Source: Alphaproteobacteria bacterium
GTDB lineage: Bacteria; Pseudomonadota; Alphaproteobacteria; JAAXGF01
Assembly (NCBI GenBank): GCA_963555825.3
Contig: CAUVXB020000001.1
Coordinates: forward strand, 1,344,001 to 1,408,000
Length of the DNA: 64,000 nucleotides
Reading direction: 5' to 3'
The notes under the pieces: model-generated
What the model was told of the DNA's origin: nothing
The model's input: only the letters and a program-made list of their open reading frames with translations
The model's database searches: none
Part shown: positions 30,524-41,751 of the stretch, piece by piece
Position numbering within the stretch: the stretch's first letter is position 1
Layout: each line of letters starts with the position of its first letter
Made by a program: the position numbers and the translations under genes

Positions 30524-31161
30524 CGTCGACCAACCGGCCAGCGAAGCGTTGTCGGCGATCGCAGCGAATCGTCGCGAAGCATGCAATCGAAGGCATCCAC
30601 ACCGACACGCTGTGTCCGGCAGTGGACGCCATGCCGGAAGCTCAAGGGCCCGGGGCAAAGGTCGTGGGCGACCGCGGTAGAGCGCTTCCGCACACACGAC
30701 CGTCGCCCTGACAACGTTGCGGATAGGATTCACACGCGGCGGGACAGAGTTGACGACCATCAACGCCGTGCGTGTTATGCTTGGAGTCCATTGCAACGAA
30801 TAATCGTCCCATGGGGAGGAAGCAAACGATGAGGATGCTAGTCGTTTCGAATCGAGAGGTGAACGAAGACGCAAGCGACGAAAATGTCTTCGGCGAGAAA
30901 CCAAACCTGATGGGTCCCGGCGAGATTCGTCTCGCGTGGGCGGAGCGCACAAACGATGAATGGAACGTCACTCTCGTCGATGAGCCGGCGGAAATTGACG
31001 AGGCCAATGTGCCTAGCCGTGCGAATTTCCATGAGTTTCGGAATAAATTGATAGAATTAAATAAAAATTGTGTATTCTATATTCATGGTTACAATAAAAG
31101 TTTCAAAGAAAACCTTGATCAATCCTGGGAGATTCAAGAATATTATGACGTGGCGGTTGTA

Positions 31162-32329
31162 ATACCAACGGGCATTAATCAGAACCCATGGGCCCATTTT
31201 CGGCGTCCGATCGACATGATCTTCCAGGGTTGATCGATGAGCCTGTTCCAGGCTTCGCAACACAGCGCGACGATATCGTCGTAGGTCTTGAATATCCTGT
31301 TGGAAAGCCAGTTATCGCGCATGAACTGCCATATGTTTTCGACGGGGTTCAGCTCGGGCGCTCTTGGTGGCAAGAACATCAATGTGATGTTGGATGGGAT
31401 CTCGAGCCTGCCGGTGGTGTGCCATCCGGCCCGGTCGATGATGAGTACAGCGTGAGCGCCTGGTGTCACCAGGGCCGAGATTTCATCAAGATGCCATTGC
31501 ATGGCCTGAGTGTTGCAGCGGGGCAGGACAAGGCCCGCACCGACACCGCGCGCGGGACAGATGGCACCAAAGATATAGGCCGACTTCGTGCGTTGGTCCC
31601 GGAGCGCCGTGGGTCGGCTGCCGCGTCGCGCCCAGCGCCGGGTGAGCATGGTTTTCTGGCCGACCCGGGCCTCATCTTGCCACCAAATTTCTATCGCGGT
31701 GTTGGCCGGGAGCCTGGCTCGGATCTCCCCCAACCCGGCGGGGAAGTTTTTTTTAAATCCTCGACGGCAAACTCGTTCTGCCCCTTGTGGCGTGGTCGCG
31801 CCGATATCTTGCGAAACCCCAGCGCCCTCAATTCACGGCCCACCGTCGTCTCATCAACCGAAATGCGGAACTCTTCGAATATCCAATGCGCCAGGTCCTT
31901 TCGGCGCCAACGCACGACACCGTGGATCGCCGGAATCGGTCCGCTCTCAACAAGCCGAGCGAGCGCTTGTCGCTGCCTGTCATTGAGCTTGGCCGGCTTG
32001 CCTGTCGCCTTGCCGTCAATCAGACCATCCGGCCCCTTGGCGTTGAAACGGAGAACCCAGTCACGGACCACCTGGAGCCCGACAGTACCGATCCGCGCCG
32101 CCTCCGTGCGACGGCCACCATCGTAAATCTCAGCCAGCGCAAGAAGCCGCCGGCTCTGTCCAGCATCCTTCGACGCCTTGGCTAACCGCCGAAGCGCCGG
32201 ACCATCAAAATCTTCCCGTAACGCAACCGCTCTGCCCATAGCGAACCTCCGTATCAGTTCGCCTCATTGATTCAGACTTCTTGCCGTTTGGGAATCCCCT
32301 AAATGAGTCTCCTTCAATGCTCGATGGTA
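31162..32329 (-). mobile_element. IS630-family insertion sequence (orfA 31691..32239, orfB to 31179, -1 frameshift)
   Basis: Ends TACCAACGGGCATTAA / TTCAATGCTCGATGGTA, TA(A) duplication, slippery A8 run at ~31747-31754, WWQDEARVG, DRAGWH, PELNPVENIW. Confidence 0.93.
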
Positions 32330-32622
32330 TAAGCTTCTCCTGGCCGGCCAATCCGGGTGGGTTTATCCTTTCAGAATACAAAAAAGCTCAGGGGATCGCC
32401 GAAGCTTCTAATATAGCTCTTGATAGAGTTTTCGGGAAAATGGGACGCTATTTTCGCTCTGTAGCATCTAAGGATTGCAATATTTCATTAAATTTCCTCG
32501 CCCACAGCTTAGGAAGTTATTTATTCAAGAACTTTATTAGTTCTCCCGTATTTAGTGATGAAACTCGTATGTTTGACAACATCGTTCTGCAACAAGCCGA
32601 TGTCGACAATCCGGGACATGAA

Positions 32623-34072
32623 GGAGATGTCCCGGTCGATGTTGAAAAGTTGAGGTAGGTGTCGCTCTCCTGGAGCCGTTAGGCTCCGGGTGCTGCAAAC
32701 CCAAGAGGGAGAACGACACCATGGGAAAGAATATCCGTAGTTCCAGTAGCCCGAAAGCCCTTGCCACCTCGTTTCCTATGCCGCCGCTGGCAGACGCGAT
32801 GGACGCAGTCCGTCTCAGCGTGGATCGGTTCTGTCTCCTGGCCGGGGTCGAGGCCTTGGCCGAGATGATGGAGGAGGACGCCACGACCGTGTGCGGGGCC
32901 CGACATCGTCGCCATGGGAACCGTCGGGGTTATCGCTGGGGCCATACGCAGAGCGAGATCGGCTACCACGGCGGCCGCGTGAAAGTGCAGCGGCCACGGG
33001 TTCGCGACCATGCTGGCAAGGAGGTGGGTTTGGAGAGCTGGCAGGTGCTGCGCGACGGCAACCTGTTGCTCGAGTGGGCGCTCAACCTGATGGTCCTGAA
33101 CGTGTCGACCCGCAAGTACCACCGCGCGGTCCGTCTGCCCGAGGGCGACCTGGCGAAAGCGCGTGGCGACGGCACCTCGAAGTCGGCCGTTTCCCGGCGC
33201 TTTGTGGCGCTGTCGCGCAAGAAGATGAAGGCCTGGCTCGCCTCGGACCTCTCGGAGCTCGACCTGCTGGTCATCCAGATCGACGGTCTGCATGTCGGCG
33301 ACCATGTCTTGGTGGCGGCGATCGGCGTCGATGGCAACGGCGACAAGCATGTCCTGGCCGTGGTCGAGGGGGCGACGGAGAACACTGTCGTCGTCCAGGC
33401 CTTGCTCGACAATCTCCTCGCCAGGGGGCTCGATCCGACGCTGCCCCGGCTGTTCATCGTCGATGGCGCGAAGGCGCTCAGCAAAGCGATCCGCAACACC
33501 TTCGGTGTGGCCGCCGCCATCCAGCGCTGCCAGGTCCACAAGGGCCGTAACATCATCGAGCGCCTGCCCCTGCATTTGCATGCAAGCGTCAAGAAGGCGC
33601 TCCGTCAGGCCTGGGACCAGGACGACGCAGACAAGGCCGAACGGCTGCTGCGCAACCTGGCCCGGCGTCTGGAGCATGAGGAACCGGGCGTCTCGGGCAG
33701 CATCCTGGAGGGGCTGGACGAGATCCTCACCGTCATCCGCCTCGGCCTGCCGCACGAACTCCGGCGCTCGCTCGCCTGCACCAACATCGTCGAGAACGCG
33801 CTCGGCACGGTGCGCCAGGTCACCCGCAACGTCAAACGCTGGAGACACGCCGAGATGGCGCTCAGATGGACCGCCGCCGGCCTGCTGGAGGCCCAGAAAA
33901 CCTTCCGTCGCCTCAAGGCCTATCGTCAGCTGCCCATCCTCCGAAATGCTCTCCAGGAACACTTGAGAAAGGCTCAGGCCGACAGTGCCATTGAAACCAT
34001 CATGAAGGCAGCATAGCATCATCAACCAGCGACGCCTGCCCCACGAATTTCAACAGAGATAGGGACATCGCC
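32623..34072 (+). mobile_element. IS256-family insertion sequence (transposase 32721..34016)
   Basis: Ends GGAGATGTCCC / GGGACATCGCC, 8-bp duplication GACATGAA (32615-32622, 34073-34080); IQIDG, IVDGAKAL, QRCQVHK, TNIVEN. Confidence 0.95.
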
Positions 34073-34351
34073 GACATGAATGGTGGGTCGATAAACTGCG
34101 CTACGCCGCACGCACATACGTAACTATCAACGAGCGCGACGCGGTGTTGGCGGCATCCGACGTCATCAACAGCGACCGTCTCGGCAACACCACCCATAAT
34201 CTGATCGCAGATCGGCCGGTCTACGTCGATTTTACGGACGCCAAGGGCGTTCGAAAGAAGCACAGGCTGTTCGCGAACGCGCGTGACAATCCGCGTGTCG
34301 AAAACTTCTTCATGCATGCCTTTCACGGGGAACGGGCCGAGGCGGGCCTAA

Positions 34352-35282
34352 GAGCCCGGCCGGGAATGAATTGTTTGATTTCAAAGCCTTGCGATCCTTC
34401 GTGTGAGGAGTTGGATGCTTGCGATCATGAGCCAGGCCTCGGCGCTGGCGATGGTGGCCTCGAAGTCTTTGGCGAGACGGCGGTTGCGACCGAGCCAGGC
34501 AAAGGTGCGCTCCACCACCCAACGCCGGGGCAGGACCTTGAAGCCCGTCACGTCGTCGCTTCGCTTGACGATCTCCAGCGTCCACTGGCCGATCTTTTCC
34601 AGCGCCTTGCCGAGTTTCGGTCCGGCGTAGGCGCCATCGGCGAAGACGTGGCGCAGCCAGGGGAAGGCCCATCGGATCGAGGCGAGCAGCGGCGGCGCGC
34701 CGTCGCGGTCCTGGATATGGGCGGCGTGAACCATGCCGGCGACGAGCCGCCCGCCGGTGTCGGTGAGGATATGGCGCTTGCGCCCCTTAACCAACTTGCC
34801 GGCGTCGAACCCGCGCGGGCCGCCGCTTTCCGTGGTTTTCACCGACTGGCTGTCGATCACACCGGCGGACGGGCTGGCCTCTCGGCCCTCGGCCTCGCGC
34901 GCGCGCATGAGCAGCTCGTGGTTGATCCCGTTCAGCGTCGCCTCGGTGCGCCAAGCGTAGAAGTACTCCTGGACCGTGCTCTTCGGCGGAAAGTCCTTCG
35001 GCAACATCCGCCACTGGCAACCCGTGCGCGCCATGTACAGGATCGCGTTCACCACCTCGCGCAGGTCCGTCGTTCGCGGGCGTCCCAGCCGTTTGCATGG
35101 CGGCAGCAGCGGGCCGATCACGCCCCACTCCGCCTCGGTAAGATCGCTTGCATAGCGCAGCCCCTTGCGCTCATATTTGGGTCGAGTGGTCTCGGTCCAC
35201 ATCTTGTGCCTCCATCGCTGTTCAACCACAACGAAGGAAACACAAGTGACTGATTCCACTCAACTCTTATTCGGCCGGACTC
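34352..35282 (-). mobile_element. IS5-family (IS1031-type) insertion sequence
   Basis: Ends GAGCCCGGCCGGGAAT / TATTCGGCCGGACTC, 3-bp duplication TAA; YASDLTEAEW, GCQWRMLP.DFPP, IDSQSVKT, RWVVERTFAWL...RRL.KD. Confidence 0.95.
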
Positions 35283-35357
35283 TAAGATACAACGAGCGAA
35301 AAAACGCCTTTGAGGTCGATTGACGTTTGCATGTAAGTAAGCCCCCAGTGGTGCAGC

Positions 35358-35762
35358 ATGGAAGAGCTCGCTGTCGGCGAATGTCGGACGATCTCCGTGT
35401 GCGCGAGGAAGATATGGAACCACTCCGGTCTGCTGCTGACGCCCGGCCAAGAATATGAGCTGGCGGTAGACCCGGAAAGCGTAGCCGATTGGCAAGACGG
35501 GAATCTCGCTCCGACCGACCCTGCCGGGAACATGCCGAGGCGGCACAGGTTGTGGCCTTGGCTGCGCCGCTATCGCCAAGCCAATTGGTACGCTCTCGTC
35601 GGCAGCGTCGGGCAATCCCCCGAAAGCTATTTTTCAATCGGTTGGGCGACCTCCCACATGCCCGAAACGACGGGGGAGTTTCTCTGCTTCGCCAATGACT
35701 TCCGGCTTACCTACTGGAACAACAAAGGATCGCTCGCGCTACGGGTCACCCGTCGGCGCTGA
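35358..35762 (+). CDS. Hypothetical beta-rich protein (lectin-like or DUF2235-associated domain, tentative)
   Basis: WNHSGL.L..G..Y, W.DG, W.ALVG.VG, GE..CFAND...YWNN.GS pattern; lies 34 bp after the hydrolase stop. Confidence 0.6.
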   Translation: MEELAVGECRTISVCARKIWNHSGLLLTPGQEYELAVDPESVADWQDGNLAPTDPAGNMPRRHRLWPWLRRYRQANWYALVGSVGQSPESYFSIGWATSHMPETTGEFLCFANDFRLTYWNNKGSLALRVTRRR

Positions 35763-35822
35763 GTCCCGGCGCGACGCCATCGTCGACCTGCTTCCCACCG
35801 TAGCGCTTTCAGCCGGCGGCCC

Positions 35823-36009
35823 CCTGGTCCTCGACATGCCCGGCGGCGGCGGCTTCGGCGCGCCGCGCGCCCGCGACCCGGCGCGCGTCGCGGCCGACGT
35901 CGCCGACGGCCTGGTCAGCCGCGAGGCGGCGCGCGAGGTGTATGGGGTGGTGGTTACGGAGGCTGGCGAGGTGGATGAGGCGGGGACGGAGGGGTTGCGG
36001 AGGAGTTGA
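35823..36009 (+). pseudogene. Orphaned 3' end of a hydantoinase B gene (right copy of the 187-bp repeat)
   Basis: Encodes LVLDMPGGGGFGAPRARDPARVAADVADGLVSREAAREVYGVV...*, with the stop at the same aligned position as 30521-30523. Confidence 0.9.
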
Positions 36010-36071
36010 TCGAGGAGTTAGGGCCGTGAGCAGGGAGCGAGAGTGCGAAGCCTATTCGGGCGTTACGTCGT

Positions 36072-38762
36072 TTAGGATTCAAACGTCCGTTTTAGGAACT
36101 CGATCGTCGCGGGATGTCTCAACTTACAGACGGTATTTCGATTCGTGAACACCCCTGGGAATGTTTGAGCTTCCGTGATTGGAAGGGTCTTGTGCCATTT
36201 AACACCAACGACGTAATCGGAAATCTCTGTACCCGCATTTCCCAAGTATCGTCGATATTCAGTGCGGCGAGAAGGCGATTCTGCTATAAGAATCATGAAG
36301 TTGTAGCATACATGGAGCGGCGGATATGGCACACCCGATGGGTGAATCGAAACCGGGGTGCCTTCGGGTCGTTTTTGACCGTCGATTGAAGCTTGAATTC
36401 CACGGTTCCAAGATCACCTCTGATGCCGGGTTGCTCGCCTACCGGGAGCTTGACGATGCCCTCGGCCTGACTGAGATGGCCGAGGGTGTTTTCCAGGATA
36501 GCCGTACCGGCAAGAACGGATGGCACGGCATGACGGGTCAGTTTCGCCAGTCCGTTTTCGGGCGCCTTGGCGGCTATGACGATGTGAACGACGCCGACCG
36601 TCTGGGACGCGATCCCGCCATGCGCTGGATTGTTGGCGGCAAGGCCATCGAAAGACAGGCCGCTTCCACCAGCCAGATGGGACGCTTCGAGACGGAGCTA
36701 TTGGCCACCGACGAGAACGTTGAAGCCTTGGTCGACATGAACGGGGTGTGGATCGACAAGGTTCATGACCGCCATCCGCCGAAGATGATCATTCTCGACA
36801 TGGACAGCAGCGTCAGCCCGACCCATGGCGAACAAGAGGGAACAGCGTACAATGGTCACTTCGGCTGTACCTGCTAGCATCCGCTATTCCTGTTCAACCA
36901 GTTCGGCGACTTGGAGAGATGTTCCCTGCGCCCCGGTAATGTTCACAGTGCCGACGGATGGCGGAATGTTCTGGAGCCGGTGGTGATGCGCTATAAGGAA
37001 AGGAAGGTGCGGCTGTATTTTCGTGGCGATGCCGCCTTCGCCTCACCGGAGATATACGAATATCTCGAAGCCGAGGGATTACTCTACGTCATCCGCCTCA
37101 AAGCGAACGCGATTCTCCAGCGGAACATTGCCCATCTGCTTACGCGACCTGTCGGTCGCCCGCCCGACCATGTTCGCCGTTTCCACGCCAGCTTCAGCTA
37201 TCAGGCCGGATCGTGGAACAAGAAGCGCCGTGTCGTGGCCAAAGTGGAGTGGCACCCCGGCGAGCTGGTTCCTCGCGTCGGTTTCATCGTCACTAATCTG
37301 TCGCGCCCTACCAAGCGGGTGGTGGCGTTCTATAATCACCGTGGCACGGCGGAGCAGCACATCAAGGAAGGCAAGAACGCCATCAACTGGACCCGTCTGT
37401 CATGTCGCAAGTTCCGCAACAATGCCGTTCGGCTCCAGCTTCACGCCCTGGCCTACAATCTGGGCAACTTCATGAGGACACTGGCTTTGCCGAAGGAGGT
37501 GGAGCACTGGTCGATGACGACGTTGCGCGACAAGCTGGTGAAGATCGGGGCCAAGGTTGTCCGACATGGCCGCTACGTTACGTTCCAATTGGCTGAGGTG
37601 GCGGTGCCGAGGGACCTGTTCCGGAAAATCCTGAGCTTGATTGATGATCTGCGACGAAGACCCGCTCCGGCGTAGGCCGAGGGAATCGACGGCGAGGAGA
37701 AAGCGACAGGAGAGGTGTGTCTGGATGGCGAGAAAAATGACCGAGTGGCCTTCCAAGCGCGGGCCGATTACCAAAATCATGCCATCGGATGGCTGCATAG
37801 GGGATACAGTTCCCTTGGCGGTGGGAAAGTGCTACGATTTCCACGAATTTGGATGGTATATGGGCAATGTCGGCTGTATTATCTGGATCGTGCAACACGA
37901 AAGATTGGCGAAGTTCCACTTCGGATAAATGCTTTCCGTCCGGAAGTACAAAATCTTTGGACATGACCGCCGTCGATGTCACCGTGCCGTAGCCAATATA
38001 GCCAGCACCCTTTTGATAGACATAAACCAGGTCATCCACCGAGAGTTGGTTTAACCGACCGGAATAAATCCGGCCATATCCCGCCGAAATAAAGCCATAG
38101 CGGCGCATATCCTCCCAATCTCGGACGTTCGGGTCGTCCCCCGCGTTAACATAGTAGAGGCCCGTCCAAGGGAGTTTCTTCCTACTTTCAGCCCGGTCCA
38201 CGACCTCCTGCTGGTCCATTAGCCAATCGGTGGCGAGAAACTGTTGGCCGTTCTCCTCGAATACATTGAAGAAGGCAGTGTTGATGCTGACGTCGTGCTT
38301 CTCCGCAAGGTATTCGACGATTCGCTTCGACGAGGCATCGAATTCACTCGCCACAATTACCATGGTGTGGCTGTTGTTCAGGTTCTCGGGAAGGGGTGTA
38401 TCGAAGCGTTCGCGGAATACCTCTTCCAATCGCCTCCCGAGTTTGTCGAATGCAATATCATGAATGCGCTTGGGTGTGAGACCAGCAATCCAACTCGCGT
38501 AATCGAGTACCTGTGCGACCACTTCGCGAGGCGTGCGATCACGTTTGAGTTCGACGATGGTGATACTGCCTTCACGGTCGATAGCGAGAATATCGATTCG
38601 CCCCTTGAAGTCCGTGACGACCTGCCGCCCAAGGATCAGCACGTCCAACCCGATGATGTTCGGATCTTTAGCGATCCAATTTTCTAGAGTTTCTTCGCTA
38701 GCGAGCGATTTCCGCTCAACCGGAACGAGTTCTCCGCTCAAGACCTTATAGAGTGTCGTCAT
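36072..38762 (-). pseudogene. NucS/DUF91-like PD-(D/E)XK endonuclease, C-terminus interrupted by IS1380 copy 2
   Basis: E..LE.WI, GRIDILAID..G....VELKRD, Q.LDYASW. The frame is restored across the IS (DPDNT|EISDYVVGVKW...RTFES*). Lower GC than the backbone. Confidence 0.82.
36232..37873 (+). mobile_element. IS1380-family element, copy 2 (1642 bp), same internal TAG (36875-36877)
   Basis: Same ends as copy 1; 5-bp duplication CTGTA; two substitutions near the right end relative to copies 1 and 3. Confidence 0.95.
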
Positions 38763-38787
38763 CGTTTCATCTTACGCGTCCCACCCC

Positions 38788-39957
38788 CTACCCCGCCAGC
38801 ACCTCCTGCCCGCGCTTGAACAGGCCCTGCGCGATGATGATGCGCTGGATCTCCGACGTGCCCTCCCAGATGCGGTCGACGCGGACTTCGCGGAAGAAGC
38901 GGTTGGCGACGTTCTCCGACATGTAGCCGCGCCCGCCGAAGATCTGTACCGCGCGGTCGGCGACGCGGCCGGCCATCTCGGAGGCGTAGAGCTTGGCCAT
39001 CGAGCACTGGCCGTGGACCACCTTGACGTCGGCGCCGCGGTCCATCGCCTCGGCCGTCTGGTAGGTCATCAAGCGCGACGCCCAGAGCTCGGTCAAACTG
39101 TCGGCGAGCATGAACTGGATCGCCTGGTACTCGGCGATCGGCTTGCCGTAGACGATGCGCGCCTTGGCGAAGGCCGTCGCCTCGTCGATCAGCCGCGACG
39201 CGGCGCCGCAGCAGCGCGCGGCGATCATCAGGCGCTCGTAACGGAACCACTCGTGGGTCCACTTCATGGCGTCGATCTCGGGGTCGATCAGGTTTTCCGC
39301 AGGCACGAAGACGTCCTTGAAGTCGAAGATCGGGTGCACGCTGTGTGTGTGCATGTATTTGGGCACGCGAACTTGCGTCACGCCGTCGGTCGCCTTGTCG
39401 ACGAAGAAAAGCGCGTGTTCGCCCTGGTGCGGGCCGTCGGCGAACTTGGCCTGGAAGATGAAGAAGTCGCCCGAGGCGCCGCCCGTCGCGTGCCACTTCA
39501 GGCCGTTCAGCACGTAACCGTTGCCCTTGGCGGCCGCGGTGGCCTCGATGGCGTCGACGTCCGAACCGGCGCCCTCCTCGGTGATCGCGTAGGCGTAGCC
39601 GCGCGTGTTGTCGATCAGCGGCTTGACCCATGTCGCCATCTGATGGGCGGAGGCGACCTCGACGAGGAAGCGCGGCGGCGACGTGTAGCACCAGCCCTGG
39701 CCGTTGGTCGCGCGGCCGCCCTGCTCGTTGACCACGGCTTGTTCGAGGAAGCTCAGGCCGCCGCCGCCGAGCTCCTTGGGGAGCGTCATGGCCATCAGCC
39801 CGTTGGCCTTGGCGAATTCCTTGGCCTCGGCGCGGAACTCCTGGCCCTCTTGCGGGTTCTCCTCGGCCTCGAGCTCATGCGGGATGGCGACCTCGTCGAC
39901 GAATTTGCGGACCTTGGCTTGCAGCGCGCGGACGCTGTCGGGCAGCGGATAGGACAT
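38788..39957 (-). CDS. Acyl-CoA dehydrogenase
   Basis: AITEEGAGSD, LNGLKW, ERL.IAA, R..YGKPI..YQ.IQF.LAD, A.QIFGGRGY, RIWEGTSEIQR. Confidence 0.93.
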   Translation of the reverse strand: MSYPLPDSVRALQAKVRKFVDEVAIPHELEAEENPQEGQEFRAEAKEFAKANGLMAMTLPKELGGGGLSFLEQAVVNEQGGRATNGQGWCYTSPPRFLVEVASAHQMATWVKPLIDNTRGYAYAITEEGAGSDVDAIEATAAAKGNGYVLNGLKWHATGGASGDFFIFQAKFADGPHQGEHALFFVDKATDGVTQVRVPKYMHTHSVHPIFDFKDVFVPAENLIDPEIDAMKWTHEWFRYERLMIAARCCGAASRLIDEATAFAKARIVYGKPIAEYQAIQFMLADSLTELWASRLMTYQTAEAMDRGADVKVVHGQCSMAKLYASEMAGRVADRAVQIFGGRGYMSENVANRFFREVRVDRIWEGTSEIQRIIIAQGLFKRGQEVLAG

Positions 39958-40069
39958 GGTGGTGGCTCCTGGATCGGGCGTTGGCTCCGTGGCGTCATAG
40001 CACCCGCGGGAGCGCCGTTCAATCGGCGGCATGGCGGGGCGGCCATGCTTTTATGGCGGGCCGCACGCC

Positions 40070-41701
40070 CTATTCGGAAGACCGGATCATCGTCGCCGCC
40101 TGTTCGAGCGCATCGAGGCGCGAGACGTGCAGATGGTCGTCGGGCAGCAGATCGAGCACGCCGAGTTTCTTCAAGGTCTTGTCGACGTCGGGGCGGATGC
40201 CGACCAGGAAGACCGGCTTGTCGTGGCCCTGCGCCTGCTTGATGGCGTCCTCGAGGCCGAGTGACGCGCTCGAGTCGAGAAACGGAACGTCCGCAAGGTC
40301 GAGCACCAGGACATCGTAGTCGTCGCTCGCGGCCAGGCGCCGCGCCATGCCCTTGGCGGCGCCGAAGCTGAACGGGCCGCTCAGGTGGTACAGCACGACG
40401 CGCCCGTCGCCGGCCTCGAGCGCGGCCTTTTCATCGTCGCTCAGATCCGGTTCATCGGAGCCGTGGGTGATCGTCGTGATGGATGCGAGTTGCAGGTCCG
40501 ACATGCGTTTGACGAACAGCAGGCTGGCCAACACGAGGCCGACGCCGACCGCCGTGATGAGATCGACCAGGACGGTCAGGAACAGGACGACCAGCATGAA
40601 GAATATGCCGGCCCCGGGCGCTTGGCGAACGCGTCTCAGATAGGGCCAGTCGATGATGTCGATGCCGACCTTGATCAGGATGCCGGCGAGCACCGCATGG
40701 GGAATATGCTGCGCCAGGCCGCCCAGGCCGAGTACGATGGCGAGCAGCACCAGCGCATGCAGCGCCCCGGAGATCGGCGTGCGTCCGCCGGACCTCACGT
40801 TGATCACCGTGCGCATCGTCGCGCCGGCGCCGGGGATGGCGCCGAACATGCCGGCGATGGTGTTGCCGATGCCCTGGCCGATCAGCTCGCGGTCGGAGTC
40901 GTGGTAGGTCTGGGTCACGTTGTCGGCGATCAACGAGGTCAACAGGCTGTCGATCGAGCCGAGCAGCGCCAGCACCAGCGCCGATTGGACCATGTCCGGC
41001 AGGGCTGCCACGCTGAAGCTCGGCAGTATCGGGCTCGGCAGGCCGGTCGGGATCGCGCCGAGAACCGGCGCGCCGGGCAACGCGACCAGCACCAGTACGG
41101 TGCCGAGCACCAGGGCGATCAGCGGCGCCGGTACGATCCGGTTGATCGCGTTGGGTGTCAGATAGACGACACCGAGCGCGAGCAGACCGACGATCGTGGC
41201 GTCCAGCCCGGGCGCGCGCAGCAGGGCCGGCAGGCCGGCCAATGCCGCCAGCGTTCCGCCGTGCGGTGTTGCGTGACCGATCAGGGGGCCGAGTTGCAGA
41301 ATGATGATGATGCAGCCGATGCCGCTCATGAAGCCGGAGATCACCGGAAACGGCACCAGGCTGACGTAGCGGCCGATCTTGAAGACGCCGAACAGGATCT
41401 GAAACACGCCGGCCAGCATGACCACGGTGAAGGCCATCGCCGGTTCGTGACCGTATTGGGTGATGACAGCGGTCATGACGACCGTCATCGGCCCGGTCGG
41501 GCCCGATACCTGCGACGGTGTGCCGCCGAACAGCGCCGCGAAGAAGCCGACGAAGATCGCGCCGTACAGGCCGGCGACCGGCCCGGCGCCGGACGCGACA
41601 CCGAACGCCAGGGCGAGTGGCAGGGCGACGACCGCCGCCGTGAGCCCGCCGTAAACGTCACCGCGAAGATTGTCGAAAGACAGCCCGTGGATCAGCTTCA
41701 T
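40070..41701 (-). CDS. SulP-family anion transporter with STAS domain (BicA-like)
   Basis: GGLTAAVVALPLALAFGVASG, GPTGPMTV, ELIGQGIGN, GAGATMRT; C-terminal STAS (LDL.DVPFLDSS). Confidence 0.92.
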   Translation of the reverse strand: MKLIHGLSFDNLRGDVYGGLTAAVVALPLALAFGVASGAGPVAGLYGAIFVGFFAALFGGTPSQVSGPTGPMTVVMTAVITQYGHEPAMAFTVVMLAGVFQILFGVFKIGRYVSLVPFPVISGFMSGIGCIIIILQLGPLIGHATPHGGTLAALAGLPALLRAPGLDATIVGLLALGVVYLTPNAINRIVPAPLIALVLGTVLVLVALPGAPVLGAIPTGLPSPILPSFSVAALPDMVQSALVLALLGSIDSLLTSLIADNVTQTYHDSDRELIGQGIGNTIAGMFGAIPGAGATMRTVINVRSGGRTPISGALHALVLLAIVLGLGGLAQHIPHAVLAGILIKVGIDIIDWPYLRRVRQAPGAGIFFMLVVLFLTVLVDLITAVGVGLVLASLLFVKRMSDLQLASITTITHGSDEPDLSDDEKAALEAGDGRVVLYHLSGPFSFGAAKGMARRLAASDDYDVLVLDLADVPFLDSSASLGLEDAIKQAQGHDKPVFLVGIRPDVDKTLKKLGVLDLLPDDHLHVSRLDALEQAATMIRSSE

Positions 41702-41751
41702 CTCGCCTCGCGTTGTTGGTTGTCTGGAAACTAATGGACAGAATCCAAACG

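Larger units (their letters stand above)
30829..35323 (+). pseudogene. DUF900-like alpha/beta hydrolase split into four pieces by three IS insertions
   Basis: Removing each IS and one target copy gives a continuous frame: ...FYIHGYN...VAVV|SFSWPANPGG...FLAHSLG...QADVDNPGHE|WWVDKL...INERD.VL..S...DRLG...AEAGL|RYNERKNAFEVD*. Lower GC than the backbone. Confidence 0.85.
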
